In this document: one piece after another, positions 16,566 through 31,684 of the stretch
Position numbering within the stretch: position 1 is the stretch's first letter
How the letters are laid out: each line of letters opens with the position of its first letter
Notes under the pieces: generated by a model
The model's database searches: none
Seen by the model: only the letters and a program-made list of their open reading frames with translations
Told to the model about the DNA's origin: nothing
Made by a program: the position numbers and the translations under genes
NCBI RefSeq assembly: GCF_009914755.1
Contig: NC_060947.1
Direction: 5' to 3' (one strand)
Length of the DNA stretch: 64,000 bases
From: the human T2T-CHM13v2.0 reference genome, Homo sapiens

Positions 16566-18074
16566 CTGCATTTATCTTTATAATAAGGAAGAAGGATTTA
16601 TATTATTCTACTGTTTTGTGTGCTGAATGTATTTTTAACTTTGGTTGTACAATTTCCCTTACACCTGCATCAGCTTATCACATTGTGCCAAGGATGTGAA
16701 ATGAATTGCTTCAAAATACACCCTAATTAATTAAATATTCACAACATTTTTATAGCATTTGATTTTTTTCCTTGTTAAACATAACAGAGAATTGGATGTT
16801 GTTCACATACCACAGATAAGCCAATAAACCAGACATTTTGTCATACTCTGTATTGATAAGAATTTTTTTGGCATGGAAATGATGTATTTTATTGCCTTTA
16901 ACTTCTAATACCCCCTTAATTACAAACACAATGGATGTTTTACTGGGGATATTGTATATGCAGCAGTTGTTTAAACCTGAAATAGAAATGCTAAGAGGGA
17001 AAAGTATTCAAGTCCAGTGTAGCCCAATGCTGAAAGATAAAATTGCAGCTTTTGACATTTTACCAAATTATTGATTGTGTTCTCTGGCTGGCTTTAAAAA
17101 ACTTAATGCAGTGAGTAGGTTAAAAAAAAAAAAAAAAAAGAAGAAGAAGAAGAAAATGGCTGGGAAAGCATAAAGGCAAAACAGTTTTAAAAAAGTATGA
17201 GAAAGCTTAAGGCCTAACTCAAATGATAAGCAGTAGATTTTATGGCAATGGTGCCAGACAGCCGGGGTTTGTATCTTGACTCTTCCTACTTAATAACTCA
17301 CTATCAGGCTTGATGTGATAATAAAATAATTCATGTAAAGCACTCAGCACATACCTGGTTTATACTAAACTCAACAATTTCTAGTTATATACATAGATAG
17401 ACATACACTAGTACATGTGTATATATGTATATGTACCTTGTATATGTATGTGCATATATTAATATATGTATGTATGTATTCATATACATAATATGTATAC
17501 ATATTCACATTCATTTTCATATTCTCCAGCCTCCGTTTGGTACACTACAACAGTGTGTGTAGTTGAACTAACAGCTGGTTCTGCTGTCATGATGGCTAGA
17601 ACAGCAAAGTCAGCCAGAGAAACCAGCCTCAAATGGTACATCTTTCTGTAAGCAGATATATATGATCTATAGCAGCACGTCCAGTGATTGCCTCACAGAT
17701 ACTACTTCTAACCTATGGGGGAATTTTTGCATAGAAATCCAAATCCCCTCCTACCTCTCCTCTCAGTGCTTGAGCAATCTCTTGATACATATAAAGCTTT
17801 GTAACTATCCTTAAGTTTTTCTCTGGTCTACATATGGCCTTTATGCTTAACTCATTGTTAAATTCTCACAGGACAAAGGCTACATACATTCCATATATAA
17901 CTTCAGCAGCATCTGCTATAAGCTTTCCCATACCTTATACACTGAATAAATCATGAAGGCTGATGGAATCCTGAAATGAACCCATAATCCAATAAAATGA
18001 GAAAGGCTAAAGACCTAACCTGCTCTGGACTCACATTAGTCTAGAAGCTTCAGGAACTCACTGAAAGGCAAGAT

Positions 18075-18310
18075 AGAATAATGGTTAGTATATGGACTAC
18101 AGATTCAGGAATACCTACATTTGAATCCTGGCTTTGCAACTTATATAACTTGGGCAAATTATTTGACCTCTCTGTGCCTCATTTTCCTCATCTGTAAAAT
18201 GATAATCAGATTATATGTTTCCCAAGGTTATGAAGAATAAGCTTATTCATATTTGTTATGTGCTTAGATTAGTTCCTGGTACAAAGTAAGTGATAGCACT
18301 TACTATAAGT
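18075..18310 (+). mobile_element. MIR
   Basis: ttgggcaaattatttgacctctctgtgcctcattttcctcatctgtaaaat. Confidence 0.8.
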
Positions 18311-19809
18311 GTGTACTACATAAATAAAATAAAATAATGCCTGGTGTCTCAACGCTGGCCCACAAACTAGTCTACTCTACACAGGTCTTCCAGACCAAGA
18401 GTGACTATAAACCTAATAGACATCTCTCAACAAGGCAGCTGTAGGTCTTTACTGTTCATGTTGGGTTTTGCCAGCAGACCAAGTGTTATGAATTGGCTTT
18501 AGCCAAGGGTTTCCTGAAGAGATTAAAAAAAAAAAAAACAGGCTGGTGGAACATTTGGTATGTGTGTTTCTTTAGTGGTTTACAGTCTGTGTTTCTAGTG
18601 TCTGCATCATTAATATATTTCTCTTTCTGGATTTAGACCCTGTCATTACTCATCTGTGTCTGTTTTGACTTAAACCCATCACTGGAAGAAAGAAAGAATA
18701 TGGGTCTCAATGAGTTCTATTGCTTCATTATGGTGATAACTTTAGTGCCCACAAGGAAATAGTTGCATACCCACTGGCTGCAAACTAGGTCTGCATTCTT
18801 CAGGAAAGATGTTATATGGCAGCCTTTAAGAAATGCAGTCTTCTTTTACCTTCAACTTTGTGTCTTATTTCACTCTACAGTTTTTAAGTGAAGGAGATAA
18901 GAAGAAAGAGCTAGCTGCAAAGGTGAGAGTTGAAATATTTTTACAGAGACATCATTATAATGAACATGATGGACTGTAGTTGTAAATAGGGTGAGTGGGA
19001 GAAAACTTGAAGAAAGTTAGAAACAGATGAAGAAAAGGATTTCAGATAAAAATCAGGGAAATCAATGTCAGTATGGGAAAAAAGATAGTAAGGTAGAAAA
19101 GGAACTTTTAAATGAAAAGAATGAGTAAAAGATGATTTTATACTGATTTTAAATAAAACTCTGTGTCAAAGCCTTTTGTAAATAATAAGGTTATAGATGA
19201 TTGTCATGGTGGTTATGTTTGTTTAGCAAAGACTACATTAATGAAATGGCTAAGAAGCAAAATCTTACCAGGTTTTAAATATGAGTACACTGTGTCTATT
19301 GCTCTAATTTTTGTTACAAACTTACCCTAAAATAGGTCTTTTAGGCAACAACAGTAATAGCGCCAATCGCAGTTACTCTACCATTCTACCACAGACCGGG
19401 GAACATTCTCATGAGGACTCCAGCATTAGATGGCCCATTTTAGGGCACAACACTTCAGCCAAAACTTTGGTAGAGAAGCAGTTTCAGTGAGTCATTCATG
19501 ATCCTAAATCTTTTGGCTGTGGCCTCAAGATCTCCCCTCTGTTCCCAGTGGGAATTATGGTAGAGAGACACAGTTAATTGCCTGTGGATTTTATGACTGT
19601 CCCCTTCCCTGCAGCCGGAATCATCATGGAATTAAACATGCAGGGAGGTTATCAAGGGACTCTCTCTTATGCGGACTGAGAAACTTAGGTTAGACCCTTT
19701 GAAGAATTCACTGGACTGAACATAGAGTCTCTACTGAGTAAAAGGATCTCCTCTGTTAAGTTGTTCATCATCCATTTATTTATTCATTCAATAAAAATGT
19801 ATTGGGTGC

Positions 19810-20214
19810 TGTATGAGTTTCCTAGAGCTGCTGTAATATATTACCACGAACTGTGTGACTTAAAACAACAGAAATTTATTCTCTCACATTTCTGGAGGCT
19901 AGAAGTTTAAAATCAAGTTGTCAGCAGGCTTGATTTCTTCTGAGGGCGCTGAAGGAGAATCTGTTCCATGTCTCTCTCCTCTCTCCTATCTTCTGTTGGT
20001 TCCCAACAAACCTTGGCATTCCTTGCATTCCAATTTCTACCCCCATTGTCACATGGCCTTCTTACCTCTGTGTGCCCTCTGTGTCTCCAAATCTCTCTCC
20101 CCTAATGACACCAGTCACTGGATTAAACTTATTTCCAAATATGGCTACATTCATAGGTAACAGGGGTCAGGACTTCAACATGTATTTTCGGGGGACACAG
20201 TTCAACCCACAACA
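19810..20214 (-). mobile_element. MLT1 (A-C-like) MaLR LTR
   Basis: tgtatgagtttcctagagctgctgtaa...ggggacacagttcaacccacaaca; 5-bp flanks ggtgc/ggtac. Confidence 0.82.
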
Positions 20215-20693
20215 GGTACCTTTTTTGTACCAAATACAATCCTAAATGCTGGGGATAGAAAGATGAATAATACGCGGTCTCTGAACTCAAAAACGTCATT
20301 TAAATAGGGGTAGACATAAATATACAATTATAGTGTCACAAATATTAAATTATATGTCTCAACAAAATGCTATGGGAACACAGAAAAACAGGGCAACTAA
20401 CATTGTCTCAGGAAGCCCAAAATGTTTCACTGTGAAGCTGCCTTTTGAGTTATAGGGTAAAGGATATTGGAGTTCATCGATTAATTCATAGTTGTGAGTA
20501 TGCAAAGGGCATTGCAGAGGAATGGAAAAATATGTATAAAAACATGGTATCATGAAAAGACTTTGTATCTTTCAAGATAGGGAAGGAGTTGGTGTAACTG
20601 GAGTCTAGGGTTAGTTGTAGGGAGCGGCAGAATACATAGAAGAGAATAAACAGGAGATGGTAGACGGCAGAGGACCTGTACAATTTCATCTCA

Positions 20694-21044
<351 letters not shown>

Positions 21045-21504
21045 TTAAAGTAACAATAAATGTATTTAAGTAGTAGTATAAAACGAAGTGAAACAGTAGT
21101 TAATAAAGCATCTTGCAAATTTGGAAAGGCCATTTTGATTTTGAGAAAATTATTTGAATTATAGAATAATTTTAAGGAAATGCTTTTTAATTTATTTTTA
21201 GGATGCATAGGAGCTCAAACTAAGTTAACAAGATTCAGTCATCCAAACCATTGCCTAGTAGGTGTCCTTAAGGACCCAGTCTTAATAAACAAATACAGCT
21301 AAATTATAATTGGCATATCAACTGTATGTAAATTGAAGCTTATAAAGTACTTGAGGGGATTTGACAAGTTTGTTCTCTTAAGCATTTTAAATATTACTCA
21401 TGTTAGTTATACTATTTATTATCTATGGGGAAGGAGTTTGCTAAACCAAGGTAAATGTCAATGCTAGTTCCTAGACAACTATCATGAATTCTGAATTAGT
21501 CACT

Positions 21505-22100
21505 TTTTATTTATTCAACAAATATATATTACTTAACATCTACGAACGAGATTATGTCCTAAGTAGCAGGAATTCAAAGACATGACAAGGGCACATTCAT
21601 GTCCTCTTATAACTCACAGTCTAGTTGGGGAGACCAAGATGGAAACAAAGAAACACATTAAAGTTTGTTGAGTTAGATAATGGTGGTGCATACAGGGTGC
21701 TTGGGTGAATGCAGTGGAAGACCCAACTCTTTGTTGAAGAAGGCTTTATATTTAGCTTGCGAACTTTGAAGGATAAAAAGTGGTTTTCCTAGAGGACAAA
21801 GAAACTGGACAGTGTAGTGAGGATCCAAGGGATCAGGCACAATGCTTTAAAAAGTTAGGAGAAATGAAGGCTAAGCCAAAGTCCCAGAACTGCAAAAAAT
21901 TAAGTCCGTGTGGTTTTGGTTAGGATGAGAGGAGGCAAGGTAGGAGATGAGGCTGGGGGGTTGGCCAGCAGCCAGTAAGGGGTCTCATACAAAGGAGTTA
22001 GAACTTTTATATGATGTACGATCCACTGATTTAAGCAGAAGAGGGCCATGATGAAATTGGGTTTTAGAAAGAGACCTCTGGGAACAATTTGGAAGAAGAA
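21505..22100 (-). mobile_element. L2 fragment
   Basis: atttattcaacaaatatatatt...ctcacagtctagttggggagac, then purine-rich L2 body. Confidence 0.6.
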
Positions 22101-22329
22101 ATTAGAGCAGTGGTTTTCAAACATTTCTCTTTTTTTTTAACACAGAGAAAACTTTTCTAAAGAAAATCTTACATCTAACCAAGATAGATAAAATAAGAGT
22201 GATATTTCTTTCAAATAAATATTATGCAAATGAAAACAGGCTACTTCAAACTCAAAAGTGTCAAATTGGGGGTTATAGACTACAGCACCTGTGTTATATT
22301 AGACTCAGTATCAAAATTATATCTGTACA

Positions 22330-22528
22330 CAGTTAGTTAGGAATTATGATGGTTCAACTATTTTTCAACTTTACAATGGTGTGAAAGCACTATGCATTCA
22401 AGTAGAAATTGTACATCTCTCATCATGCTGGGTAGCAACATTGAGGCTTAGCTCCCAATCAGCTACACATTTTCAGCTTCTGTTGGGTTTATCAGGGCGT
22501 AACCCCATTGTAAGTCAAGGAGCATCTG
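22330..22528. mobile_element. Tigger-derived DNA transposon (MER47-like)
   Basis: Terminus gggtttatcagggcgtaaccccattgtaagtcaaggagcatctg followed by TA. Confidence 0.65.
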
Positions 22529-22662
22529 TATTTATTACCGTACTATATTGAGACAATTCTGATTTTCTGTAATAAGTTGTAAACAATAACGGTTCAAATG
22601 ACTCTCCCTGTCATGTCATGAAACCCTTCAGTTGCATTGGTCTAGAAATATAAAACAGTCCG

Positions 22663-22980
<318 letters not shown>

Positions 22981-23913
22981 CTAACAAGAGTCACCACAAC
23001 TCACAGTCTTTACTGTAAATATAGGCATTCAAAACTTTCTTAAAATGCTAAAAGCATTCATAGTGTAGTCTTACATGTCTATTTTATGTGTTCACTTTTC
23101 GTTTCTACGTACACGGTAGACATGGTAAATATCTGTTGAATTAAAATGATCAAAAACAAAGTAAAGATTTAACCAAAAAAATACAGACAATATAAAACCA
23201 TGAAGATTCAAAGTCAAAAGTAGCTATAGTCTCTAGCAAGGCAGATGTTCACTGGCATTTGTCCTCTGGTCTGACTTCCAGCCCCAATTTATATAATCCT
23301 GACCTACCAGAAATTGGGATAGGTATCACTTCATGGAAAAAGACATCATGCTTTAAGAAAGAAGAGACACATATAAACTTGTATGGGGTTAGAGGAGCTA
23401 TGTCCCTCTCTAGTTCCATTAGAAATTGCTGTTAAGAAGGGTTGGGAGCAAACCTCTTCCAATCCTACCCACGTCTCAAGGCCTAGATCAAATTTCACGG
23501 TCTCTGTGTGACACACTGATATCTCAACACTTCCTGAAGGTGACCCATATGCCAGGAACAGCACTAGATCCAGAGATACAAGTATTAAAAAGATCCCTGC
23601 CACCTCTCATCTACATTTCTAGCATCTGTTTTTACTCATTTGCCATTTGATCATTTCCCATCTGTATACAAGACTTTAAGGCCCATGAGAGCAAAGTTTC
23701 TGTAAGTTTAATTCAACCTACTTTTTTTGGCCACAAGCTTTGTGGCAGGCGCCATGTTAGGTATTAAGAAATACAAAGATATAGAATACAAGTCCTCCAG
23801 TAGCTTGCAGTATACCATGTATAAACCTCAGATGGCTACTACCGTATACCCCTCAACAGCCAGTTAGCTGTGAGAGTAAATTGTAAATTCTTTCATGCTC
23901 TGGCCAGATTTAA

Positions 23914-24285
<372 letters not shown>

Positions 24286-25536
24286 TGATGATGCCACATG
24301 AGAAATCCTTAAGTCCAGCTCCAATTATACTGCATATCCTAGAATGGACCATTACATTAACAAGAATTTTCATATGCTAACCATGACATGTACTTCATAT
24401 CATGAATGTAGATGGCTAATTTTCACACATTACCATGCATTTCAGCATTCCCTAGAGTTATCTGAAGCATCTGGGGGGAAGGGGGAGAGAACCTTTAAGT
24501 TTTCTGCTTCTGAGACTATTTTGTTGTTATTGGATATCGCTTTGACCCCCTTCTTTTAGTGCTTATCACTAGGCATCTGCCGTATTTAATGATGTGTGTC
24601 ATTTCATTTAGTATCACTGACTTGGATCAATTCCTCTTCCAGGTTTCTGTACTGTCTTGATACATGTATTTGTTTTGCTTTGAAAGAAAAATCAACAATT
24701 GAATTGCCAGTGATAGACATATGAGTAGGACCATTCTTAATGGATATGTAGAGATAATTTCTCTTCCTTTAATGTCTGTGAATTATCATCCACTGTGATG
24801 CATTTAAAAATGCAACTCAACAACAGTAGTCTACTGACAAACAGGTGACTGCTGCCTGTGATGTGTTTTCAGTTGTTGGCTTTTCTAAGTAGTTACTTGT
24901 CAGAGAGAAAGGAAAAAGGATGAAAATATCCATTTTGACACCTCTTGAAATGTGTTTGTTGACTGTCTCTCTTTTAAATCGCCCTGTACCTATTTGGCAT
25001 CACTAATCACAATGCTAAGTGACTTTTTACTTTACTAGGCATTAAACTTGTGCTGCTTAACCTTTGAGCATCAAACAGGCCTTTCCCCAGCACCCTGCTG
25101 TATCTTTAGTACAAAACTCCTGAATCATTATCCATCTTGAGGATCTGCCTTGCCTTAGAGGTACTCTGACATTTGCTAAGACTTCCCATTGGACCTTGCA
25201 GACATTTCCAGATCATGACAGTGTCATTTGATATTTTGGTTTTAAACATCATCAGAGTGGCTTGTGCTGAAGAACCAGAACTAGAAAGAAAATGTAAAAT
25301 GAAAAGAAGGCTATTGCCTCTGTGCTGATTGTTAAGATGGCATTGGAAACATTTTTGTTTTTACTATGGATATAGTCATAAAACCATGAATATTTTTCAA
25401 AGGATCACAGTATGAAATACAGAGCCAACGGTAGAATATATTAAATTAGCCCATTTGAAAGAGGGTCTATCTGTAAATAAACCTTGCAGTTAAGAAAGCC
25501 AATTATGATAAAACTGTATAGTTACCTGGTAAACTA

Positions 25537-25999
<463 letters not shown>

Positions 26000-27763
26000 T
26001 TAAGAAAGGCCATGTGACTTACTCCTAATTTCCTGGCTTGCATGAGGCTGAGCCAGAATTTGAGCCTAAAGCTTCTCTGAGTCCAAATTTGGTGTTCTCT
26101 CCACTATATCGTGCTGCTTCTACTTATGGGATTGGGAAATATTCGGGAATTTTAATTGACAAAAGTGAACTGTGTTCAGGACAGAACTTAAAACTAAGGT
26201 AGATATTAAGGGAACACCCTATAGTTCAATGGGTGTTTTTCTAGGCTATAGATGAGGAGAATGCCAAGGTTATTACCTACTCCAACACCACCACTTTGTG
26301 GTACAAATTAACAAAGATACCCCCCAAATCTATGTATGGTTGGCTTGCACAAATTAACTTTGTATTTGGCAAAAATAAAAAGCCCTCAGGATAATATTTC
26401 CCTTATGTAGTAAAATAGCTATAATAGAATTTCACAATCTTTGTTATTTTCTGTTGAAATGTCCACAGGAAAATTAGAATTCTGCTAATTGATTTTTTTT
26501 CTGTATTTATAATAAGCCCTCATACAATTGAAGCATATCTGAGAAAACTAGAAATCTATTTTATTTATCTTGTAATCTGAAAAGGGAGTGTTATAAAAAT
26601 TAATAAGGTTTCCTAGAGTAGGAAATAAAAATTTTAAAAATGAAGTAATGATAAACATTAGGCTCTTTAAATATATACGAGGCATATAGAATTACAAATC
26701 AACCTGGAGAGACCAATTGGAGGGAATGATGACAATGAAAGTAGATGCATTTTAGGATGTTTGGCAGATTAATCCTTCAGTTTTATCCCTTCAGAGGTAT
26801 GAGAGGTCAGTAGCATGTCTAAATGTAGGCTTATGTTATTTACTTTTCATCATCACTGTGAGGAAGGGTGAATTTTTTAATAAAAAGAAAAAACTATCAT
26901 AGCATGGAGCTTGCTTTTTTTAATTGGCAGATAATTTTACACTTAATATTTCTCTCTCAGCTCCATACGTTATCAGTTTAATTACTCTGAGGCCTCAATA
27001 AAAAAATTAAGGAAACTAAAGTAGGAGAGTTTGCAGTTTACACTCAGCTGTTCTGAGTTCACTGAAAGTGAAATGCCAAGCTGCCAGGGATCTACTGCAT
27101 GAAGCTCTCGTGAGGCTCCTGAGTGGGCCGAGAAGTGGCAGATGAGCTTCGTGTGGATACGGTAAAGCATTTAGTGAAAAATGAAAGTGAAAGAAGCTAG
27201 GCTGCATTCACAGGCTGGCAGGCTTTGCCTTCTCAGTTTCAAACTTGAAAAAGGGATCTAGGAGTGACTGGTAACCATTCTGTGAAAAAAAAAAAATTAG
27301 CTCAGGAAGGTGTTGTAATCACAATGGTCCACACTCTGCAGATCAGTCTCAGGAAAGAGATTGGCATCCTAACAGAAGACATTCTACTTCCTTAGTACAA
27401 GATTAGGGTCCTCCAGACAGGATGAATTATTGCAAGTAATTCTGATTGCTGCTTCTGTTTAAAAACAGGCTGCTGCATCAGGCTAGAGAAGGCCCTTTGT
27501 AATGAAGTAAAAATGGGTGAAAATTCCCTGTTATGAAAGACCAAAACAATTAGTGCTCTTCTCTTGGAAAATATAATAGTTGAGTGAGAAGCTTCAAAGA
27601 GCTGCCTGGCCCTTCCACTCCTTTTGCCATGTGAGGACACAATGTTCATCCATTCTACAGTGTAAGGATGCAGAGGCTATGCTCAGTGTTTTTGAAATCA
27701 AGAAATCATAAACATTTGGATAGGATAAATGCAAACCTATTTACCAAACCCAAGCATGTTGAA

Positions 27764-28156
27764 ACCTTAATCTGTTCAGGCTGCTCTACCTGAGACTGGG
27801 TAATTTGTAAACGACAGAAATTTATTGCTTACATTTCTAGAGGCTGGGAAGTCCAGGATCAAGGTGCTGTCAGATTTAATGTCTGATGAGTGTTTGCTCT
27901 CTGCTTCCAAGATGACACTTCTTGCTGTATCCTCACATTGTGAAATGGACAAACGCTGTGTTCTCGCATAGCAGAAGGAGTAGAAGGGCCAGGGAGCTCT
28001 CTAAGGCCTCTTTTGTAAGGGCATTAATCCCATTCATGAGGATAGAACCCTTATGACTTAATCACTTCTCCAAAGGTCCCACCTCTTAATACAGCTACAG
28101 TAAGAATTAAGTTTCAACATAAATTTTAGAGGACTACAAACACTCAAACCATAGTA
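27764..28156 (-). mobile_element. MST-family (MSTB/C-like) MaLR solo LTR
   Basis: ctagaggctgggaagtccaggatcaaggtgc...gcattaatcccattcatgagg...actcaaaccatag. Confidence 0.85.
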
Positions 28157-28609
28157 AAGGGTATCTTTGAAGCATTGCAGAAACAAATGGGGAAAGGGAA
28201 GTACCATACATGACTCACAGAACAACTTATCCTGGAAGTTCTAAAGAAATAGCATGTTTAAAAAGTGAAGTGATTCAGGTCAACTCATGCACTATAGATA
28301 CATGGTTGCTTTGTAAGAGAAACCAAGGAGGAAAAGCCATCCTTTCTACAAAGCATCCCTTGGTGACTCCCACCAAAAATAGAATCACAAGGCTAAATTG
28401 ATCATGAATTTGGTATTCTTCATGGCTTTAGTTTTAAAAATATTTTTAAAGTATTAAAAGGATTAGTATTGAAGATAGTAATACTGGTAATGGTTTGCAA
28501 AGCTTCTTGTTCTTGTCCTACTTTGGACTCCACCTGCATTTACACAAAGTACCTTCCTGTCAAAGTCATGGACCTAGAAATCCAGGCTTAGTGCTTGTGG
28601 ATGCCATCT

Positions 28610-28850
28610 GGTATGGGGGTCAGCTTACGGACTTTGAAACTCCACAGATGTCCACCACTTATTAACTACATGATCTTATGCAAGCTTTTTAATTTCTTGG
28701 AGGCTTACTCTTCTCATTTGTAAAATGGTTTTATAATACCTATCATACGGGATCCTTTTAAGAATGATTGACGCAATATATGCAAGTCACTTAACACAGT
28801 GCATGGTATCCACTAAATGCTAAGTAAACAGCAGCTCTTACTATTGTTGT
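28610..28850 (+). mobile_element. MIR
   Basis: ttctcatttgtaaaatgg...ataatacctatcata...cacttaacacagtgcatgg. Confidence 0.65.
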
Positions 28851-31325
28851 GAGCTAAGTGAGCTATTTATACAACCCTGGATTCAAAAAGTTGTAATAAA
28901 TATGGTGGATAAGGTGAGCCCACATTTTCCTAATAAAACTTTAAAAAAGTTTTATGACCATTTTGAGTGTAGCTGGACTTTTAGAAATGTAGACGAAACA
29001 GTGAAATGTGTAGTTATGAAATTTAATTTGTTTAGTTATACAGATATATTCAAATTGTAGATGATGCAGAATAATCTCTTCAGGTATGATACTTTGCTTT
29101 TCCTCCCCACTATCTCATTTTGTAAAACAATTCTATTGAAACTTCACGCGTATCTCTGACATTGGTGTTTCTAGAAGCACTGGAGCTAATTTTTGTGTCA
29201 TCTAACAGTTTTCCAGAGCATATTACATTCATGTCCACCTAAGTTTTTAGAGATACAACACTTTAATCTGTGTATCAGAGTATCAATGTCAGGCTTTTTC
29301 CGCAAGCCACAAATACTCATTTGCATACCACTAGGTCCATTGGCTTTTCCATTCATCTTGCATGTGTATATTGGTGATCTTCGTTAGGTATTTACTGCAG
29401 GGAAATCTTAAGTAATCTTTCAAAGGCTTGTTTACAATGATCTCCAACACTTAGTACTATGACGTCACACCCTGTAAACAATTAATAGGTCTGTGTTAAA
29501 TTTCATTATCTTAACTGCCTTCCCCAATTTTGTACGTTTACATCATAAGCATCTAAAACCCATATTAAGTTGTTCCAGACTAATGCGTGTTTTCCAGAGA
29601 GTACATTATTAAGAATAATTTGGAAAATGTCCCTTGGAATTAAGCACTTGAATGTAAGACATCTTCCTCTTTTTTTCTGCGAGATAACTTGTAGGGAGCA
29701 ACGGGAAGGTATGCTTTATATTTGTGAGGATAGGAATAGAGATTTTCTTGAAATATTTATCCAATTATATGACTTTAAAATCATGCAAGTTTCTTATTTT
29801 TATTCATCGTATATATGTATTAAATGCCAGGATGATCCAAACACATAGAAGGTGAAGTTCCTGCCATTATAGGAATTTTTGGACCTTAGAGAATATCCAA
29901 TTCCAGAACAATGCATGGAATACTTTGTGGAAAGCATTTGCAGAGAGAAAGCTGTGAGTTGCAGCCCTTGTCCTCAACAACTGACAGCAAATTTGTCAAC
30001 AAATTTAATTATGTTTATATCAGGCAGAATGTGTTTGAAGGGCCTGCACACGTTTCACATAGGGAAAAGAAAGAGGTGAAGAGAGAAATGTTACATGTAA
30101 AAAATTTTACATAGTAAATCATCACATGGAAAAACACATTTTTCACTGGCAAGTAAAGAAATACAACAACAAAGTAACAGGTAGCGACATATATGTATTG
30201 TGATGGCTAAGCACTAAGTGAGGTGTTGGAGAAGCTGTAGAGAAACAGGTACAATTTCAAGGTGGTGCCGTTAGGTGACAATTCATGGAAATGTATACAT
30301 AAAACAATGTTAAGTGAAAGAATTAGATCACAAAAGAGTATATAAACGCTGATTATATCTATAATAATGTGTGTATGTTGACATCTATTGAAAGAGGATT
30401 TGAAAGAATGTAAGTTTAATGTTGATTTGAATTTTCTCTCTGTAACAGTGATTTAAATGCATACTAATTTGAAAAGAATACAATGAAAAATGACTCCCCA
30501 TCACACCCCTAAAACACATAATAACTACACACATCTTGGTAAATAGATTGTGGTAGAATATGATGTTCATTGTTTGTGATGTTGCAACATTATCTATAAA
30601 TCAAGGACTTAATTGAAGTTGTACTTCCCTTCTTTATCTACTGTAAGTCTGATGAAGCATTTTTTGATCACTGTTTATTATAGTAATGAGAAAAGAATAA
30701 ATCTTTTCCTTATAAATCCTGACAATCTGCATTTTAAATCCTTGCACAACCTGAATTCTTTGTCTCCACTAAATGAATACAGAAAGTTTAAGCCTGTGAT
30801 TGCCTTATTTATTCTGCCTCCCTACCTTTCAATAGCTACTCAATAGCTCTTTCTTGACCTTTACCTGTCAGTTAATAGTTGGTACATTGAGATGTGTTTA
30901 TTAAGTCCAGGCAGCTAAGATTCAGATTTATATGCAGCTAATATGCTGAATGAACTGAAGATCTACTATGTACCACAGATCTTTGCCTGGTACTCTACAA
31001 AGGGGACTTCACTTGATCTTGGTAGTAACCATCTGAAGTCTGAACTATTATCCCTATTCTGATGTGACAAAACTAAGCATCAGTTCAGCAGGCAGTCCTC
31101 TTCCGAGCCCAGGACAGTGGTCCTTCCCTTGTTCCATTGTGCCTTTTAAGTGGCTAGTCTCAGTGTGTTATAGAGAATAGTATAGTTTTAAACATATAAA
31201 ATAAATTTGTAGGAAGCAGCATATTTTTAAGGAAGATCTTTTTAAAAAGACAAGTGTGTTGCTTTTTTCCTCATTTAAAAAACTGTATATTGTTGCTATA
31301 AAATTTATTTATAAGAGTGGTTGGA

Positions 31326-31684
<359 letters not shown>

